A stretch of 39,368 nt of DNA from a virus (taxonomy: Duplodnaviria; Caudoviricetes). Where the stretch lies: IMG/VR virus record IMGVR_UViG_3300016657_000025, positions 1 through 39,368 of that record; one strand, 5' to 3'. The notes below the pieces were generated by a model. It did not search any database. It was not told the DNA's origin and saw only the letters and a list, made by a program, of their open reading frames with translations. The translations under genes and the position numbers were made by a program. The first letter of the stretch is position 1. Every line of letters begins with the position of its first letter. Below are positions 1 to 9,008 of the stretch, in pieces.

Positions 1-1245
1 GCCAGCATCGTGTTCGACGCGGCCAAGGGCTTCATCGAACGGATGCCCACGGAACTTGCGGCCGTCTACGATGTCAACAAGGCTCTGATAAGCAAGGTCG
101 GTGACAGCCAGTCCATGTTCAAGGCATTGAGCCGCGACAACAAAAAGACCGGCGACGGTAAGAACCCGTCATGCGCGATCATCGACGAGGGTGCGGCCAT
201 CGTGGACCGTAACTCGATTGAAGTTATCTTCTCGGGCATGGTGGCCCGTAAGAACCCGCTGCGTGTCTATATCACCACGGCCTCATTCACCAAAGACACG
301 AAGTTCTATGAGGACATGCAGATGGTTGAGACCATGCTGCGTGGTGAGGCTGAGGACAACCCGCGCTGGTTTGGTTTGCTGTACGGGCTTGACCCTGAGG
401 ACGACTGGGCGGACCCCGAGGTCTGGGCCAAAGCCAACCCCATGCACGGTATCAGTGTGTTCAGCGAGGCCATCGCAGCCCGCGCAGCCGAGGCCAAGCA
501 CAAGCCAGCCGCGCTTAACGAGTTTCTGTGCAAAACGCTCAACGTGTTCGTGTCGGCCAATTCGGCTTGGGTGGACCGGTCGTACTGGGACAAAGTGGCT
601 GGCGCCACAACCAGCCGCGAACCGGAGGCTGTCTTTATCGGCTTCGACTTGGCCAGCACACGGGACTTGAACGCTATTTGCACGCTCAAACGGTACGCAG
701 AGGATGACTTTGAGGCCGAGTTCATGTACTTCCTGCCCGAGGCCGGGTTTGAACTTATCCCCAAGCACTACCAAGACGTTTTCCGGCTGGCGCAGTCTTC
801 CGGCATCCTCCATCTCACGGAGGGCAACGTCATGGATAACAACGAGATTTATGCCTACATAACTCGTCAGCACCAAAAGTACCAACACGTCATCAAGGAA
901 ATCGGGTACGATTCCTATAACGCTGCAAGCCTTGTGTCCAAGCTGTACGAGGATCAGCTACCCGTCAAGAAAGTCGGCCAAGGCATGGCGGTTCTGAGCA
1001 ACCCCAGCAAGCATGTCGAAAAACTTATCCTTGCGGGCCAAATAAAACACGACGGCAATCCATTCACGGGCTGGCAGTTGGGTAACTGCGAAGTCTATGA
1101 GGACGTTCAAGGCAACATCAAAGTGCGCAAGAACGAAGCGGACAAAGCGGCCAAGGTTGACGGTATCGTGGCCCTTATAATCGCCATGCACTGCGCACTC
1201 GACAATCCTGTCGCGTCCGACTCATACGGTTTCAGAGAATTTTGA
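1..1245 (+). CDS. terL: Terminase large subunit (5'-truncated by the window edge)
   Basis: Frame is open from base 1. Walker B-like AIIDEG, ITTA coupling motif, RNase H-like nuclease motifs GFDLA and KVDGIVA. Directly upstream of the portal gene. Confidence 0.95.
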   Translation, partial: ASIVFDAAKGFIERMPTELAAVYDVNKALISKVGDSQSMFKALSRDNKKTGDGKNPSCAIIDEGAAIVDRNSIEVIFSGMVARKNPLRVYITTASFTKDTKFYEDMQMVETMLRGEAEDNPRWFGLLYGLDPEDDWADPEVWAKANPMHGISVFSEAIAARAAEAKHKPAALNEFLCKTLNVFVSANSAWVDRSYWDKVAGATTSREPEAVFIGFDLASTRDLNAICTLKRYAEDDFEAEFMYFLPEAGFELIPKHYQDVFRLAQSSGILHLTEGNVMDNNEIYAYITRQHQKYQHVIKEIGYDSYNAASLVSKLYEDQLPVKKVGQGMAVLSNPSKHVEKLILAGQIKHDGNPFTGWQLGNCEVYEDVQGNIKVRKNEADKAAKVDGIVALIIAMHCALDNPVASDSYGFREF

Positions 1246-1254
1246 GGGGTTAAC

Positions 1255-2691
1255 ATGGACATTTACAACAAGGATAAGTACGCAGCGCAGAGTACTGACC
1301 CGAAAACGAAGAAAACTTCGACCGAAAGCAACACGCTTTTTGGCCAAACGGCGCTCGGTAACAACATCATTCGGCAAGCCGGTTCCGATAAAAACATCGC
1401 CGGTTCACAGCTTCTCTACGTCACCACCTCCGCTTCGTCCGAATCTGGCCGCATCGTGGATATGTCCACGCTGTCGCGCAACAGCACCGTTATGACTTGC
1501 GTGGCCCTTAAAGCCCGCGTGCTGGCGCAGTTGCCCATCAAGATCATGTTTGAGACCGATACGGGCGCCGTGGTCGATGCCTGCACGGACAAGAGCGTCG
1601 ATGACCGCAACCGCACCAAGGCTCGGGCGGTGTACAACCTCCTGAACAACCCCAACAAGTTTCAGTCAGCCTATGAGTTCTGGGTGCAATGGCTGCTGTG
1701 GTACGACCTGTCCGGCGAAGCCTTCACGGTGTTCTGGCGCAAAGACCGCAAGTCGATCACGCAGACCCCGTTGGAGATGTACCTGCTGGACAGCACGCTC
1801 ATCACCGCCCAGATCACTGCGGGACGTTATCCGACGTACCGGCTGGCCACGCCATCCTACGGCTTCTCCAAAGACGAACCGTTGCAGCCCCATGAGGTCG
1901 TGCATGCCAAGGAACTGGCGTGGCAGGGCTCTGCGGGCTTCAACAAGGGCATTCTGGCCACCACGCTGGTGGGCATCGACCAAGACCTCGACCTGTACGC
2001 CAGCTTTGTCCTGCAAAACGGTGCCAAGCCCACGGGCATGTTCTACACGGATGCCGTTATCCCAGACTCCAAGTACAAAGAGATCGCGGCCCGCATTAAA
2101 AACGCTTGGGCCAACATGGTCGGATCGCGCACAACCGACGCCAGCAAACCGGGCCAAGGTATCTTGCTCGACAACGGCCTGAAGTACGAATCGCTCAAGA
2201 TGCTGACCATGCAGGATACGGATGCGGCCAAGCTGAAAGAGCAAACCATGGTGCGTATCGCCGCACTGTTTGGCGTGCCGCATCAACTGGTCAACATCGG
2301 CCAGACCAAGTTCAACAACACGCAGACACTGCTGGACGAGTTCTACAAGTCCACCATGCTTCCTGTCGTCATCAATGCCCAGCAGAAGTTCGGCACCGCG
2401 TTGCTCGACGGCTTCCCGCGCCTGAGCATTCACTTTCAGACGGACGAGTTCCTGAAGGGCGCCCCGCTTGACCAGATGAATTACGCCACCGCAGGCGTTA
2501 AAAACGGTATACTGACGCCAAACGAGGCCCGTGCGTACTTGGGCAACCCCAAGCACGACGACCCCGAAGCGGACAAACTCAAAGACCCCAAGGGCGGCCC
2601 GGACGGCATCCCGGGGCAGTCCCCCCAAGACACAGGCGGCGGGGGCAACAAAGACACTATCGGGCGCACTGGCCGTGACGGTAGCGCCTGA
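1255..2691 (+). CDS. Portal protein, HK97 family
   Basis: Motifs LLNNPNKFQSAYEF, NGAKPTG, RIAALFGVP and GILTPNEARAYLG; GAGGGG RBS; position after terL. Confidence 0.95.
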   Translation: MDIYNKDKYAAQSTDPKTKKTSTESNTLFGQTALGNNIIRQAGSDKNIAGSQLLYVTTSASSESGRIVDMSTLSRNSTVMTCVALKARVLAQLPIKIMFETDTGAVVDACTDKSVDDRNRTKARAVYNLLNNPNKFQSAYEFWVQWLLWYDLSGEAFTVFWRKDRKSITQTPLEMYLLDSTLITAQITAGRYPTYRLATPSYGFSKDEPLQPHEVVHAKELAWQGSAGFNKGILATTLVGIDQDLDLYASFVLQNGAKPTGMFYTDAVIPDSKYKEIAARIKNAWANMVGSRTTDASKPGQGILLDNGLKYESLKMLTMQDTDAAKLKEQTMVRIAALFGVPHQLVNIGQTKFNNTQTLLDEFYKSTMLPVVINAQQKFGTALLDGFPRLSIHFQTDEFLKGAPLDQMNYATAGVKNGILTPNEARAYLGNPKHDDPEADKLKDPKGGPDGIPGQSPQDTGGGGNKDTIGRTGRDGSA

Positions 2692-2752
2692 CCCCTACAC
2701 CACACGACAAAATCGCGCTTAAAATGTGGGCATTAACACGCAGGGGCTACCC

Positions 2753-3556
2753 ATGACCAAGAATGTGAGAATCGTTTGCGAAGCCAAAGTGTCGCTCGGC
2801 CAAGACGCCGACGAAGGCCAGCAACCGACTGGAGTTATTGAGGCCACCTGGACTACGTGGGGCGCCCGCGAAGGTGCCGATGGCCGCAAGTTCTTCTACA
2901 AGCCCGAGGGCTTTGCCCAATGGGCCGACGAGTTCAAAAAGTCGGGTCGTCCGTTGCCCATGTTCGTCAACCATGAAGGCCAACAGGTGCCCGTGGGCGA
3001 GTGGACCGGGCTGGAGATGGATGACAACGGCATGTCCGGCACCGGCCGCATCTTCATGAACACAACGGCAGGCCGAGACCTGTACACGGTCATGAAAGAA
3101 AGCCCCAAGATGTTCGGGGGCGTTTCTGTTGGCGCATACGCCGATGAGTACCAGTGGGTCACGAAAGAGGGCGATGTCTTCCCCGCTGGCTCTGCTGACG
3201 TGTGGGACGAAGGCTACTTCCAGATCACCAAGGGCGGTCTGCGCGAGGTCTCTGTCGTTATGTACCCGAACAACACCAAGGCCGAGATCAGCAAGCTGGA
3301 GTTTTTCCGGCCTGACGGTTCGGCCGATCTCAAGGTCATTGAGCGAGCCCTGCGTGACGCAGGACTTGCCAAGGAAGACGCGAAACTAGCCGCGTCTGTT
3401 CTCAAGGGCGTTGTCGCGCAGCGGGATGTTGCCGCCAGTGCCCCTGAAACCAACTCCGCGAAGCGGGATGCTGATACGGACGCGGCTCAAGCGGCCGAGT
3501 TGTTGCGCGAACTCGAAAAGCGCGAACTCTTGGCTGAAATCTCAAAGCGTTTTTAA
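2753..3556 (+). CDS. Prohead maturation protease (HK97 gp4-like)
   Basis: Motifs PMFVNH..PVGEW, GVSVG and LREVSVVMYPNN..AEI; lies between portal and capsid. ATG at 2753 follows CAGGGG. Confidence 0.9.
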   Translation: MTKNVRIVCEAKVSLGQDADEGQQPTGVIEATWTTWGAREGADGRKFFYKPEGFAQWADEFKKSGRPLPMFVNHEGQQVPVGEWTGLEMDDNGMSGTGRIFMNTTAGRDLYTVMKESPKMFGGVSVGAYADEYQWVTKEGDVFPAGSADVWDEGYFQITKGGLREVSVVMYPNNTKAEISKLEFFRPDGSADLKVIERALRDAGLAKEDAKLAASVLKGVVAQRDVAASAPETNSAKRDADTDAAQAAELLRELEKRELLAEISKRF

Positions 3557-3566
3557 GGAAACCATC

Positions 3567-4949
3567 ATGTTGAAAGAAGTTATCGAAAAACTGGACGGCA
3601 TCAAAGCCGCCAGCGAAGCCCAGATCGCTGAAGCCAAGGTTCACGCCGAAGCCAAAGCCGCTGAAGCCAAAGAGGCTGCTGTCTCCGCTATCGAGGCCGT
3701 CAAGGTCGAGATGCAAGAGACCGTCAAGGCTCTGGAAGCCAAAGTGGCTGAGATCGGCGCCCCTGCCATCGTCAAAATCGAAAAGTCTGTTCGCGCCGAT
3801 GTGAACAAGCACGTCAAAGAGCAACTGCGCGACATCGCCAACGGCTCCAAGACCCAGTTTGAACGCGAGTTCAAGATGTTCGCTGACGAGTCCGAGTACA
3901 ACGCCTACATGGCTGAATCCTCGGCTCTGACCGCTGGCGGCGACGGCAAGGGTGGTCGTACCGCCTACGATCCGACCTTCGTTGCTCTGCGTCTGGCCAA
4001 CCCGCTGCGCGGCATCTCTCGCGTCGTGACCACTGAAGGCTCCAGCTATCAGTTCCGCGTGAAGACCGGCAACGCTGGCGCTCAGTGGGGCTACCCGGTG
4101 CAGAACAACGGCACCCCCACGACCGAAGACACTTCGATCTGGCAAGTGGTGCTCAAGGACGTGAACGCCCAGTTCCCGATCCGTACCGCCGCGCTGGACG
4201 ACATCGACGGTCTGGAAGCCAACGTGGTTGACGACATGCTGATGGAGTTCGCCCAGGTCGAAGCCCAGTCCATGATCGCCAACAACGACCAGACCGGCAG
4301 CGGCACCACCGTGTCCACTGGCGGCGCAGACGGCCTGCGTGGTCTGGACCAGTACGGCGGCGCAAACGCTACCTACACTGGCGGCACCGTGTCCACCGCA
4401 GCTTTTGGCTCCAGCGGCACCGGCTCCAGTTCTGGTCTGCACTCGCTGGCCACCTATGACCAGTTGACCACCAACGCCAACACGGTGGGCGCCAACAACA
4501 TCTCGTACAAAGACGTTGTGAACCTCATCTACAGCCTGCCGCAGCAGTACTGGACTGCTGACGCCAAGTTCATGATCAGCCCGATTCTGCTGCAAGCGAT
4601 TCGCGGTCTGACCGATGACCAGAAGCGTCCTGTCTACATCGACGGTCTGGCCCGCAACGACGGTATCGTCGGCCAACTGCTGGGCTTCGATGTGGTCGTC
4701 AACAAGTACATGGATGCACCTTCGCAACTGGCAACCGGCGCCGCTGGCACCGTGAGCAAGTACCCCATGTTCTTCGCTGACTGGAGCCGCTTCCACACCA
4801 TCGTTGACCGCCTGAACATGATCATGCGTCGTTATGATCAGACCCAGCCCGGTTACATCACCTTCTACGGTGAGAAGCGTCTGGCCACTTCCGTTCGTGA
4901 CCCGAACGCTGGTGTGCGTTATCGCTCGACTGGTACGGCTGCGGCCTAA
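3567..4949 (+). CDS. Major capsid protein (HK97 fold) with N-terminal coiled-coil scaffold (delta-like) domain
   Basis: TAAGGAA RBS before ATG 3567. About 115 aa of Ala/Glu/Lys-rich N-terminus, then capsid motifs (NPLR, LLGFDVVVN, FFADWS, FYGEKR). Strongly biased codon usage; terminator follows. Confidence 0.93.
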   Translation: MLKEVIEKLDGIKAASEAQIAEAKVHAEAKAAEAKEAAVSAIEAVKVEMQETVKALEAKVAEIGAPAIVKIEKSVRADVNKHVKEQLRDIANGSKTQFEREFKMFADESEYNAYMAESSALTAGGDGKGGRTAYDPTFVALRLANPLRGISRVVTTEGSSYQFRVKTGNAGAQWGYPVQNNGTPTTEDTSIWQVVLKDVNAQFPIRTAALDDIDGLEANVVDDMLMEFAQVEAQSMIANNDQTGSGTTVSTGGADGLRGLDQYGGANATYTGGTVSTAAFGSSGTGSSSGLHSLATYDQLTTNANTVGANNISYKDVVNLIYSLPQQYWTADAKFMISPILLQAIRGLTDDQKRPVYIDGLARNDGIVGQLLGFDVVVNKYMDAPSQLATGAAGTVSKYPMFFADWSRFHTIVDRLNMIMRRYDQTQPGYITFYGEKRLATSVRDPNAGVRYRSTGTAAA

Positions 4950-4955
4950 GTCCGG

Positions 4956-4980
4956 AGGGGGCTTCGGCCCCCTTTGTTTT
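4956..4980 (+). terminator. Intrinsic terminator between the two capsid genes
   Basis: AGGGGGC-TTCG-GCCCCCT hairpin followed by TTGTTTT. Confidence 0.88.
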
Positions 4981-4999
4981 AACTCCTAGAGACTCGACC

Positions 5000-6016
5000 A
5001 TGAAAACCAACGAACTTATCCTCAACGGCGTGAAGACGGCTCTGACCGAGGGCAAAGCAACCATTGACCTTAAAGAGCAGTCGAACATCACCTGCAGCGG
5101 CTCTGGCGTTGGCGGTCGAGTCCTCTTTGACGATGCTTTCGCTGCTGCGCGATACATCAACCCTTTCCGCCAAGGCTCCCGCCAGATCGTGCTCACGGAC
5201 TCGGATGCCCAGTTCGTGGCCAAGACCGGCAACGCGGCCAATGCCACTAACCCTTGGGGCTACACGGTGAGTCCCAACAGCGGTTCCCCGAATATCGACA
5301 CTTCGATCTGGCAATTGCCGGTTCGTGTTGTCTCCGCACAAATTCCCTTGCGCACTGCCGTGCTGTCCGACGTGAACGCGCTGGACACTACCATCGTCGA
5401 TGACCTCATGGCCGAGTTCAGCCAGCTTGAAGCTGCATCCATGGCCCTGAACGACGATCAGGCCGGGTCCACCACGGTGGCCACGGGCGCCACCTCCGGC
5501 CTGCGCGGCTTGGCCACTTACGCGGGCGGCACCAGCGCCGCATTCGGCACCAGCGGCACGGGCCTGACCAACGGTATCCACACCATCAAGACCGTGGCCA
5601 AAGCAGGCGCTACCATCGCCTACGACGACATCGTGAACGTGGTCGGCGCACTGCCCGCCCAGTACTGGGCAATGCCGGGTACGGCATGGCACATTCACCC
5701 CGACATGATCACGGCCTTGCGTGCCCTGAAAGTGCCCACGACCGGCATCCCCTTCTTCCTTGAAGTCGGTGACGAGGACGGCGGTGCAGTGGCCTTCCTG
5801 TTCGGCTTCCCCGTGGTCCCCAACCCGTACCTCGACATCAATGTGGCGCCGATGTACTTGGCCAACTGGCCCCGGTTCATGACCATCGGGGACTTCCCGG
5901 AGATCAAGCTGCAACGCATGGAGCAGACGCAGCCAGGCTTCATCAACCTGTACGGCGAGAAGCGCGTGGTGTCCACCGTGCGTGACGTGTTTGCAGGCAT
6001 CAGGTTCACCGTCTAA
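5000..6016 (+). CDS. Second capsid-fold protein, paralogue of the major capsid protein without the long N-terminal scaffold
   Basis: Colinear similarity to 3567..4949: GGR, NP.R, KTGNA, WGY, DTSIWQ, GLRGL, LP.QYW, QTQPG.I..YGEKR....VRD..AG.R. Confidence 0.9.
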   Translation: MKTNELILNGVKTALTEGKATIDLKEQSNITCSGSGVGGRVLFDDAFAAARYINPFRQGSRQIVLTDSDAQFVAKTGNAANATNPWGYTVSPNSGSPNIDTSIWQLPVRVVSAQIPLRTAVLSDVNALDTTIVDDLMAEFSQLEAASMALNDDQAGSTTVATGATSGLRGLATYAGGTSAAFGTSGTGLTNGIHTIKTVAKAGATIAYDDIVNVVGALPAQYWAMPGTAWHIHPDMITALRALKVPTTGIPFFLEVGDEDGGAVAFLFGFPVVPNPYLDINVAPMYLANWPRFMTIGDFPEIKLQRMEQTQPGFINLYGEKRVVSTVRDVFAGIRFTV

Positions 6017-6024
6017 GGATCGCC

Positions 6025-6678
6025 ATGAGCGCCATTGACTCCGTGATGTTGCCGAGTGACCTCGGCCCGACACGAAACCCGTTCAACTATGAGCGAATCG
6101 AACTCATCGACCGCGATGTGTCAACGGCGTGGCTGACCCAAGACGAAGTTCAAAACCAACTGAACTTATTTGGTGATGACAGTCAAGCGGCTTATCTCGG
6201 GCCGCTTGAACTGGCTGTCCGAATGGCCATTGAGGACTATCTGGGCGCGTCCTTCGTGAGCGAAGCGTACCGTGTGTACTACTCGCTCAATTCGCTCTAC
6301 GGTAACCCGCTTGCGCTGGACATCCCCAGCACCCTCAACGGCACACCGACCATCACGAAGGTGGCCTACTATGCGAGTGGCATGCCCCCGACCGAAACGG
6401 TGCTCGACCCCAGCGTCTACTTTTACGACCTGTCGGGCAACCGTGTCGTTATCAGTTCGATGCCGGATGAGGTCAACACCAGCGTGACCAACCCTATCTG
6501 GGTCGAGTACACCCTTGGCGCCAACCCCATGGCCGCTTACCCGGTCATCAAGCAAGCCGGACTGCTGCTGCTGACTCACCTGTACAACAACAGATCGCAA
6601 ACCACGTCCAAAGCACAGGTCGTTATCCCTTGGGGTATCGACATGCTGCTGAGGCCGTACAAACCGCTGGTGCTGTGA
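6025..6678 (+). CDS. Head-tail connector/adaptor (HK97 gp6-like, long form)
   Basis: C-terminal IKQAGLLLLTHLYNNR...IPWGIDMLLRPY pattern; position after capsid genes. Confidence 0.85.
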   Translation: MSAIDSVMLPSDLGPTRNPFNYERIELIDRDVSTAWLTQDEVQNQLNLFGDDSQAAYLGPLELAVRMAIEDYLGASFVSEAYRVYYSLNSLYGNPLALDIPSTLNGTPTITKVAYYASGMPPTETVLDPSVYFYDLSGNRVVISSMPDEVNTSVTNPIWVEYTLGANPMAAYPVIKQAGLLLLTHLYNNRSQTTSKAQVVIPWGIDMLLRPYKPLVL

Positions 6679-6679
6679 C

Positions 6680-7024
6680 ATGGCCATCGAACGGTACGAG
6701 AACGTAGCAGTCAACACGCTAAGTTTCGGCGTGGACACGCTCGGAGACTACACCGTTACCGAAACGCTGTGGTTTAATACCCGGGCGCGTGTGCGCGACG
6801 TTAAAAACAATCTTGAGATTGACGCTAAATACCGCGTGTATCAAGACCTCGTTAATTTAACGTTCAACTACACGCCCAACATGAAACAGATCGTCGATCA
6901 CCAGAACCTGTACTCGCTTACGTGGCGCGGCAACGACTGGCGTATCACGGATGTCATGGAATCGAATGACCGCATGAGCGTTACGCTGCTGTGCTACCGT
7001 AACGACCCCAACACCAAGGTTTAA
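6680..7024 (+). CDS. Head closure / head-tail joining protein (SPP1 gp16-like)
   Basis: 114 aa with DTLG..W..RARV and W.G.DWRITDV..LLC patterns; synteny. Confidence 0.7.
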   Translation: MAIERYENVAVNTLSFGVDTLGDYTVTETLWFNTRARVRDVKNNLEIDAKYRVYQDLVNLTFNYTPNMKQIVDHQNLYSLTWRGNDWRITDVMESNDRMSVTLLCYRNDPNTKV

Positions 7025-7026
7025 AG

Positions 7027-7434
7027 ATGGCCACGCAGCAAAATCCACGCGATTACGCCACGGCCATCCAAGCCAAGTTGGTCGAGGTCATGGGTGCGAT
7101 ACCGGTGTATGCGCTCATGAACCGCAATTACGCCACGCAGCCCAAGTTCGTTACGTGGCAACTGCGCAATATCCACCAGCCGGTTTATACCGGCCCAGTG
7201 CAAGCGGTGAAGGGCATCGACCGCCCTACCTTTCAGATCAGCCTGTTCGCCCAGAACAGTGCCGATGTGCTGGGTATGTCCAATACGGTTCTGCAAGCCC
7301 TGCATGGCTTTACCGGCATGTACGGCACTTTGTACGTTACCAAGACCGATGTGCAATGGCTCTACCACTCGTATGACGATAAGTTGGGCCTCCACCAAGT
7401 CTTTTTAGACGCTACAATCGACATACCGACATGA
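7027..7434 (+). CDS. Tail terminator/completion protein
   Basis: 135 aa with P.FVTW and FQISLFA patterns; immediately upstream of the tail tube genes. Confidence 0.7.
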   Translation: MATQQNPRDYATAIQAKLVEVMGAIPVYALMNRNYATQPKFVTWQLRNIHQPVYTGPVQAVKGIDRPTFQISLFAQNSADVLGMSNTVLQALHGFTGMYGTLYVTKTDVQWLYHSYDDKLGLHQVFLDATIDIPT

Positions 7435-7472
7435 CAAGACACGCTGTCTTTAACCCGCTATAAGGAACCAAC

Positions 7473-7967
7473 ATGGCACTCCCAGCAAAAGTTTTACCCG
7501 GTTTTTCAGCCGCCCTGTACATGCAGCCTTCGGCCAGCCCCACGGCACTGACCACGGCAGCGTTGTCTACTTACGCCACCGTGTCGGCACTGGCCATTTC
7601 TGCCAACCAACTCAACGTCGAAGCCATCCCGGCTTTCGGCCAAGATGATGCAGTCGCATCGTTCACCGTTGCCGGTTCGCGCCAGTCGGACAAAATCCCG
7701 ACTCAAGCCGCCCCGACCAGCATGACGATTACGGCACCTTGGAATCCCAGCGATGCCAACCTGCTGCTGATTCGTGGTGACGCCCAATCTGGCACCGTGG
7801 ACCGCACGTTCATCATCACGGCCACTGACGGCACTGGTACTGTGTACTACGCCTTCAACGCCCGCGTGGGTGAATTCAAGATTGACGCGCAGCCAGGCGC
7901 CGAAGCCAAGGCCGTGTTCACGATCCATCCCCGTGGCAACCAGTACGGCTGGAGCAACACGCCGTAA
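7473..7967 (+). CDS. Tail tube protein, copy 1
   Basis: TAAGGAACC RBS; 164 aa beta-rich protein; lies between tail terminator and chaperones. Confidence 0.75.
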   Translation: MALPAKVLPGFSAALYMQPSASPTALTTAALSTYATVSALAISANQLNVEAIPAFGQDDAVASFTVAGSRQSDKIPTQAAPTSMTITAPWNPSDANLLLIRGDAQSGTVDRTFIITATDGTGTVYYAFNARVGEFKIDAQPGAEAKAVFTIHPRGNQYGWSNTP

Positions 7968-8002
7968 TAGGCGTAACGACAACTCAACTCTAAGGAACAG
8001 TC

Positions 8003-8521
8003 ATGGCCGCACCATCGAAAATCCTACCCGGCTTTGCCGCATCGCTCTGGATGCAAACCGGCGCCAGCCCGGTTGCCTTCACGACCGCCAACCTGTCCGT
8101 CTGGACAGGCCAAGTTGCCACCATCGTGGGCACCGCCGCCAACGGCACGGGCGCAGCAGGTACGCAACTCAACGTCGAGGCGGTTCCCGCTTTCGGCCAA
8201 GACGATGCAGTCGCGTCGTTCTCGATTGCTGGTTCGCGCCAGTCGGACAAAATCCCGACCCAAGCCGCACCTACCAGCATGACCATCACCGCGCCGTGGA
8301 ATCCCAGCGATGCGGCCCTGTTGCAGATTCGCGCAGACGCCGCAGCCGGGACCGTGGATCGCACTTTCGTGGTGGCCGCTGTCGATGGCACCACCACGGT
8401 GGCCTACGCCTTCAACGGCCGTGTGGGCGAGTTCAAGATTGACGCGCAACCCGGTGCTGAAGCCAAGTGCGTGTTCACTATCCACCCCCGGGGCAACCAA
8501 TACGGCTGGAGCAACACATGA
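8003..8521 (+). CDS. Tail tube protein, copy 2 (close paralogue)
   Basis: TAAGGAAC RBS. Shares QLNVEA.PAFGQDDAVASF, GSRQSDKIPTQAAPTSMTITAPWNPSDA, VGEFKIDAQPGAEAK and HPRGNQYGWSNT with copy 1. Confidence 0.75.
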   Translation: MAAPSKILPGFAASLWMQTGASPVAFTTANLSVWTGQVATIVGTAANGTGAAGTQLNVEAVPAFGQDDAVASFSIAGSRQSDKIPTQAAPTSMTITAPWNPSDAALLQIRADAAAGTVDRTFVVAAVDGTTTVAYAFNGRVGEFKIDAQPGAEAKCVFTIHPRGNQYGWSNT

Positions 8522-8730
8522 ACGTAAAAGACGCAGTAGCGGAGTTGACCTCCACGTACCGCGCCTTGGACGATGTGGCGCGAAGCCTGCCGGTAGATGC
8601 CAACGAGGTCGCCGCAGCATTGGCCGGGGCGGACCCCGATTCGGCAGAAGCGGTGGCCTTACGGGCCTTGGCCAAGTTCAACCCAGTGGTCAAACCGGCC
8701 AAGACCAAACAGGTCGAAGTTAAAGACTGA
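8518..8730 (+). CDS. Hypothetical protein (70 aa), translationally coupled to tail tube copy 2
   Basis: ATGA start/stop overlap at 8518-8521; phage-like codon usage; terminator follows. Confidence 0.75.
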   Translation: MNVKDAVAELTSTYRALDDVARSLPVDANEVAAALAGADPDSAEAVALRALAKFNPVVKPAKTKQVEVKD

Positions 8731-8733
8731 AAG

Positions 8734-8754
8734 AAGCCCCTTCGGGGGCTTTTT
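8734..8754 (+). terminator. Intrinsic terminator after the tail tube cluster
   Basis: AAGCCCC-TTCG-GGGGCTT hairpin followed by a T run. Confidence 0.88.
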
Positions 8755-8768
8755 CACATGGACACGAT

Positions 8769-9008
8769 ATGAGCACTCCGCATGAAATAAAATCCGAGAA
8801 TGATCTGCTGAACTATCTCCGAGACCGCATGATGTCCGGGGACAGCAACTGGTTCAGCTTCCCGGAGCAAAGACTCACGGGCATTGCGTTGGCCCATGAG
8901 ATCGCCGCACGACACGCCGATAAGTTCACGCCTGAGCAAGTCGTCGAGTATGTGGTGAAACTCAACAACGCCATTTATCTCAACATGATGCGGAGCAACA
9001 AGAGATGA
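8769..9008 (+). CDS. Hypothetical protein (79 aa)
   Basis: Fills the gap and overlaps the next gene by ATGA. Confidence 0.7.
   Translation: MSTPHEIKSENDLLNYLRDRMMSGDSNWFSFPEQRLTGIALAHEIAARHADKFTPEQVVEYVVKLNNAIYLNMMRSNKR

Noticed and set aside
3411-3566. Upstream extension of the capsid ORF as given in the ORF track
   Set aside because: It overlaps the protease gene; the strong RBS supports ATG 3567. The same reasoning was used to trim several other starts.
3402-6073. Long antisense ORFs (3402..4796, 4979..6073; similarly 1666..2628 and 11056..12405)
   Set aside because: Shadow frames caused by GC-rich codon bias opposite well-supported genes; no recognisable motifs.
7473-8521. Tail tube duplicates as the template/variable repeats of a diversity-generating retroelement
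   Set aside because: No reverse transcriptase in the window, both copies are full genes with their own RBS, and differences are not adenine-specific.
8467-8730. Frameshift extension of tail tube copy 2 into the downstream ORF
   Set aside because: The -1 frame is open from 8467, but the C-run near 8485 is not a convincing slippery heptamer, and an ATGA overlap at 8518 explains expression.
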